7,341 nucleotides of DNA from Octopus sinensis (lineage: Eukaryota), in the NCBI RefSeq assembly GCF_006345805.1, contig NW_021828840.1, positions 1-7,341 of the forward strand. Direction: 5' to 3'. Within the stretch, counting starts at the first letter, position 1. Each line of letters opens with the position of its first letter. The notes under the pieces were generated by a model, which saw nothing but the letters and a program-made list of their open reading frames with translations, ran no database searches and was not told the DNA's origin. Shown here one piece after another: positions 7,209-7,341 of this stretch. A program made the translations under genes and the position numbers.

Positions 7209-7341
7209 AACTTCCTCTGTTCGTTGTTTACCGACTTGCGTCCTTTCTGTCTTCCTTAATATCACAGATATTAGGATATTTTTCATATATTAATTAAATT
7301 ATTTATTTTAGGAACTAAATACATCAACAATGAACAACAAA

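Overview
Non-coding, repeat-dense eukaryotic DNA with no credible protein-coding gene; nearly all supplied ORFs are translations of microsatellites or low-complexity tracts. The repeat families look like those I recall from Octopus (coleoid cephalopod) genomes, which is recognition from memory and not a database result. The window holds many microsatellites, a near-complete tRNA-derived SINE (minus strand, 4141-4349) with decayed plus-strand relatives (2842-3040), a second SINE-like element with a duplicated core (3386-3624), a TA-flanked fold-back MITE (1430-1666), a probable retroelement 3' end running into (TAA)n (4365-4785), and a probable Penelope-like terminal repeat next to a (TA)n tract (~701-930). 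The most notable signal is a 38-nt minimal type I hammerhead-ribozyme fold on the minus strand (795-832) with a non-canonical core (CUGUGGA instead of CUGANGA).
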